This document shows, piece by piece, positions 60,136-64,000 of a DNA stretch of 64,000 nt. The notes beneath the pieces were generated by a model. That model saw only the letters and a program-made list of their open reading frames with translations. It was not told where the DNA came from and did not search any database. Positions within the stretch are counted from its first letter, which is position 1. The number at the start of each line of letters is the position of its first letter. This stretch comes from Podarcis tiliguerta. Taxonomy: Eukaryota. The translations under genes were made by a program, and so were the position numbers. The stretch lies in assembly GCA_965153285.1 (NCBI GenBank), contig OZ229122.1; one strand, written 5' to 3'.

Positions 60136-61395
60136 GTACAGGTGAAACTGAATACCATTGGGGAATTGGCAACAGGGTTTTAAGCAGGAACATCAAGCAA
60201 ATCTATATCTTTGGCTGTTTTTCTGAGCTCAGTGTTGGATTTATTTTCTTTTCAAAATGCTTTTTCTGTCACCAACATCTATATTGATGGGCCAGAATTT
60301 ATTATGTACTGGAATCTGGCTTGGCCACAACTAAACTTAATTTGCTTCTTGAGATATGATGGAGGGATATAAAAAGCAGCTCAAAGGAATGAAATAAAAT
60401 TTACAGTATCTGTTCATAGCTCCCCTGGAAATTTTTGGAAAGTCTAGGCATTTAGTACTAAACAGTAGAATATGTATCCAGTGGAGGAAGATAGGGGAAT
60501 CCTCTACTTGTAGGCAGGGTTTACATCTTTTGTGTCTAAATATTAAAGTTTTAAATGCAAACTTTGAGAGAAAACATTTTTTCACATTACCCAAACGTTT
60601 ATTCTGTAACAGAAAATGTTTACTTGTGTGTACAAACTTAGCAACGGAGATTTTCTAATGCTGTTGTGTTTTTGATGGCTACTGTGTTGGATATATTAAT
60701 TTTCTACTGGGTTCTGCCACCAGATCTCTTGTATATCGTAAATTGGGAGAGGCTAACTCCCAGTTTGGGGGGGCCTGATCCGGCTCCCAAGCAAATTTTT
60801 CTGGGGCTCCCCTGATTTTGGCAACAGCAACCAAAAAGGAAAAAAGAACCCCTCCTCCCTTCACTGTAATCATTAATCAAATCATATTTATACTCACATC
60901 TTCTTTTTTGAGAAAAACCTAGTGAGAAATGAGATTTGATCAGCTGGGAACTGTTTGGTTTACATTTATGCTCTTTATTTAATAGCTGCTTTTAAGGTGC
61001 ATTACTTTCCTTCTTTAATTTTTAGTGCTTTACTTTGTGTTAAAGGAAAGTAAAATTGTAGGCAGAAGGCATGCTAATGTCATTTTGACGTTTAATTTCA
61101 CTTCCTCTGAAAATCTTCCTTTAGCTTGTTCTTGAGTGGGTGTCTTTCAGTTCTTTTCAGTCTGGCTCTGATCACAATGCGACTGATTCCTCTTCATGAA
61201 TCTCTAGATAATTCTGAGACAGGCAGTCCCGAGCGCAGGCTGGGCTGCCAAGGAACCCAGGAGCTGGACGGCTCGTCCCAGTGGCTGGCTGACCAGAATG
61301 AGGCCGGTTCCGAGCATGCACTGGAGCAGGAAGCCAGCACTGCAACCGCAAACGAAGCTGTTGGGACGAGAGGCAAAGAGCAAGAGAGAACTAAA

Positions 61396-64000
61396 ATGCA
61401 GAGCAGTCCTCCCCAACAGCAACATGCGCTGCAACCACAGGTAGAGTTGGAGGTGAGGGGAATCCCAGTGTAAGGCCCTGTGTTTTGAGGCCGCTTACTG
61501 GATTACAGTTTTTCAAAGCACTGTAGTTCATTAGGGGTCTTCAGAATGAATTTTGACTGCTTTAGTGAAGTATGTGGATGATCATTGTACTACAAAGAGC
61601 ATCTGTGAGAGTCAGAACAAGGGATGCTCTTCTCTGATGCTCTACCTAGATAAGCTCCCCAGCGCTGTTGGGTTCCTTTAAGGCCACTATAATAATTTTC
61701 TACCCTCGTTTGTCTCCTCTTGTTCATCTCAGACTGCATCGGACAGAATGACAGGCAGTAACCCAGTGTCACCAGCCTCCTCGGGCTCACCTGCCTCAAC
61801 TGGCAGCCTCTCACCACCACATCTCACCCACGACTCCTCGCTGGACAGTCACCCAGGTTTTGATGTTCCCAAGACACAGAACAGAGCCCTTGTGTCGCCC
61901 GGGATGTACACCTCCCCGGACCCTGCAAGCATGTGGGACAAGACACACGCGGAGATTGCTGAGCAGGCCAAGCATGTAAGCCACACATGGTCCAGGGATC
62001 ATTTGGCCCCTTCTGCCCTCTTGAGTTGGGCATGAACATACACAATCTAAGTTAACATTCTGTTTAGTTTGTCCTTCCAAGCTGCAGTTCACAAGGATAC
62101 AGTGTTTTGGGCTAACTGACTTGGGGGATGTATTCCAGGAGGCAGAGATTGAAAACCGCATCGCAGAAATGAAGAAGGAAGGGTTCTGGTCCATGAAACG
62201 GCTGTCGAAGGTGCCTGAGCCAGTCCGGCCCAAAGTACACTGGGATTATCTTTGCGAGGAGATGCAGTGGCTCTCTGCTGACTTTGCCCAAGAGCGCCGA
62301 TGGAAGAGGGGTGTTGCGAGGAAGGTGAGTTTGATGGAAACAGCTGCCAATCTCCAAACATTTAACCCATCTCTTTCAGTCAGTTTTCACTCATGCATTC
62401 CAATCTCTGGGTTTAAGGGCATTTCATAATCGTGCAATTTTGTAACACCTCAGGCTTGTGGCTTGTGCTGTTGCAGAAAAGCAATATAATATGTGTGTCC
62501 CTAGGGTTTCCATCCACTTTAGTGAAGTGGAGCTAGCTCTTCCTTACGACCCAGATTTAGGAAGGACTGTTTAGAGCCGTGGAAATCTGTGAAGACTTGT
62601 GATTCTTAACATGATCCTTCTCTCCTTTGTTGCTTGCAGGTGGTGCGCATGGTGATCAGACACCACGAAGAGCAGAAGCAAAAAGAAGAACGAGCCAAAC
62701 GGGAGGAGCAGGCCAAGCTGCGCCGTATTGCCTCGTCCATCGCCAAAGAAGTCAAGCAATTCTGGAGCAACGTAGAGAAGGTACGTGAGGAACCTGTCTG
62801 GCATCATAAAAGCAGCATGCAGGCCTTGCTCCTGAATACAGGAGCCACACCTTGAGCCAGGTGTCTGGAGCTGGTTGCCTCTACTCTGCCTAATCAGAAA
62901 TACTGTGGATTCATCCATAGAAGGGTTGAGTGAATCTCTTGCCTTCATAGTTTGTTGGTGGAATTTCTCTAATTAATATATGCGTATAGGTAAACGTAGG
63001 GGTGTGTGTGTGTGTGTACATATATATGGATATATATACATAAACACATATACACACATGCATACACACACATATGAATGACTTCATTTAGACAAAATAC
63101 GTAAAGTATAACAAACCAGAATTTCAAACACATAAAGCATGCAGTTAGTTGGAGGTTTTGTTTGTTATGTATTTATGTCCACTCTCACTCATTCTTCACT
63201 TCTGCATTCATATTAAAAAGGCGAGGCAAATTATGCTTTTGTCTATTCTCCTACAGCAGTGAAATGAATTGTTCTGCTCTGTCTCAAACATCAGTTGCTT
63301 TTATTACTTGTAATTGGAGTTACTGTTCCAAATACAGTGGTACCTCGGGTTAAGTACTTAATTCGTTCCGGAGGTCTGCTCTTAACCTGAAACTGTTCTT
63401 AACCTGAAGCACCACTTTAGCTAATGGGGCCTCCTGCTGACGTGCCACTGGAGCCCGATTTCTGTTCTTATCCTGAAGCAAAGTTCTTAACCTGAAGCAC
63501 TATTTCCGGGCTAGCGGAGTCTGTAACCTGAAGCGTATGTAACCTGAAGCATATGTAACCTGAGGTACCACTGTAACTAAATTGGGGTTTCTTGCTTTTA
63601 CATGAGTACCAAAGTGCTTTTTAATAGCTTTGAAAAATTTGCATGGTTAAGGTTGCAGAGAAAAGAGCAGCACTGTGTGCACAGGACTACTGAAGACTTT
63701 GAGAAGATAGTAGCTCTTTGCCCATGTTGCCTTTAACTCAAGAGCAAGTTCTAGCACAGCACATTCTGCAGGAATGAACTTGACAAACTCTTTTTTCCTC
63801 AGGTTGTGCAATTCAAGCAACAATCACGTCTGGAGGAGAAACGGAAAAAAGCCTTGGACCTGCAGCTAGACTTCATAGTGGGCCAGACAGAGAAATACTC
63901 AGACCTACTGACCCAGAGCCTCAATGAGACCTTTCCAGTTCCCAGCAAGACCAGTGGCTCCCATGCGGGCTCTACTGCCTCTAGCCCACCACACCCCAGT
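61396..64000 (+). CDS. SRCAP: Helicase SRCAP (H2A.Z-depositing remodeller), N-terminal part including the HSA domain; truncated by the window
   Basis: Coding exons 61396-61440 (MQSSPPQQQHALQPQ; exon starts at 61161), 61733-61975, 62139-62324 (PEPVRPKVHWDYLCEEMQWLSADFAQERRWK), 62640-62780 and 63803 to beyond 64000 (VVQFKQQSRLEEKRKKALDLQLDFIVGQTEKYS). All phase 0. Confidence 0.95.
63335..63573. mobile_element. Tc1/mariner (Tigger/pogo-like) MITE
   Basis: TA|CAGTGGTACCTCGGGTTA...TAACCTGAGGTACCACTG|TA, with internal TAACCTGAAGC sub-repeats. Confidence 0.85.

Noticed and set aside
61596-61660. Hairpin AGAGCATC...GATGCTCT followed by AGATAA in SRCAP intron 3
   Set aside because: No second hairpin with a terminal ACA was found.
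63485-63565. Spaced direct repeats TAACCTGAAGC, superficially like an array
   Set aside because: They are sub-terminal repeats of a MITE. This is vertebrate DNA with no CRISPR or cas features.
63665-63765. Possible second H/ACA snoRNA (AGCACT...CACAGG...GTAGCT...ACA) in SRCAP intron 6
   Set aside because: The similarity is weak and there is no clear two-hairpin and box H layout. It needs a covariance-model search.

Overview
Eukaryotic DNA, most likely from a squamate reptile and probably a lacertid lizard (full-length Sauria SINE, BovB tail, CR1-tailed SINEs, L2 fragments, several MITEs). The window appears syntenic with human 16p11.2. From left to right it holds: an unidentified multi-exon gene (minus, running off the left edge), a KRAB-less 6-finger C2H2 zinc-finger gene (minus), PRR14 (+, complete), FBRS/fibrosin (+, complete AUTS2-family long form) and the 5' part of SRCAP (+, HSA domain, truncated at the right edge). 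A SNORA30-family H/ACA snoRNA lies in SRCAP intron 1. The main unexplained feature is a 3.7-kb stop-free, Glu-rich ORF (ATG 55646) inside SRCAP intron 1, ending on a splice donor (AAG|GTAACT). Spliced directly to exon 3 it is in frame with SRCAP and would add about 1305 aa. Spliced through the 74-nt exon 2 it stops 5 nt before an in-frame SRCAP ATG. Exon 2 could therefore switch between a giant acidic SRCAP isoform and a separate upstream protein. All exon models were derived by hand from GT/AG sites and reading-frame continuity. Gene and repeat identities come from recalled motifs, not database searches.
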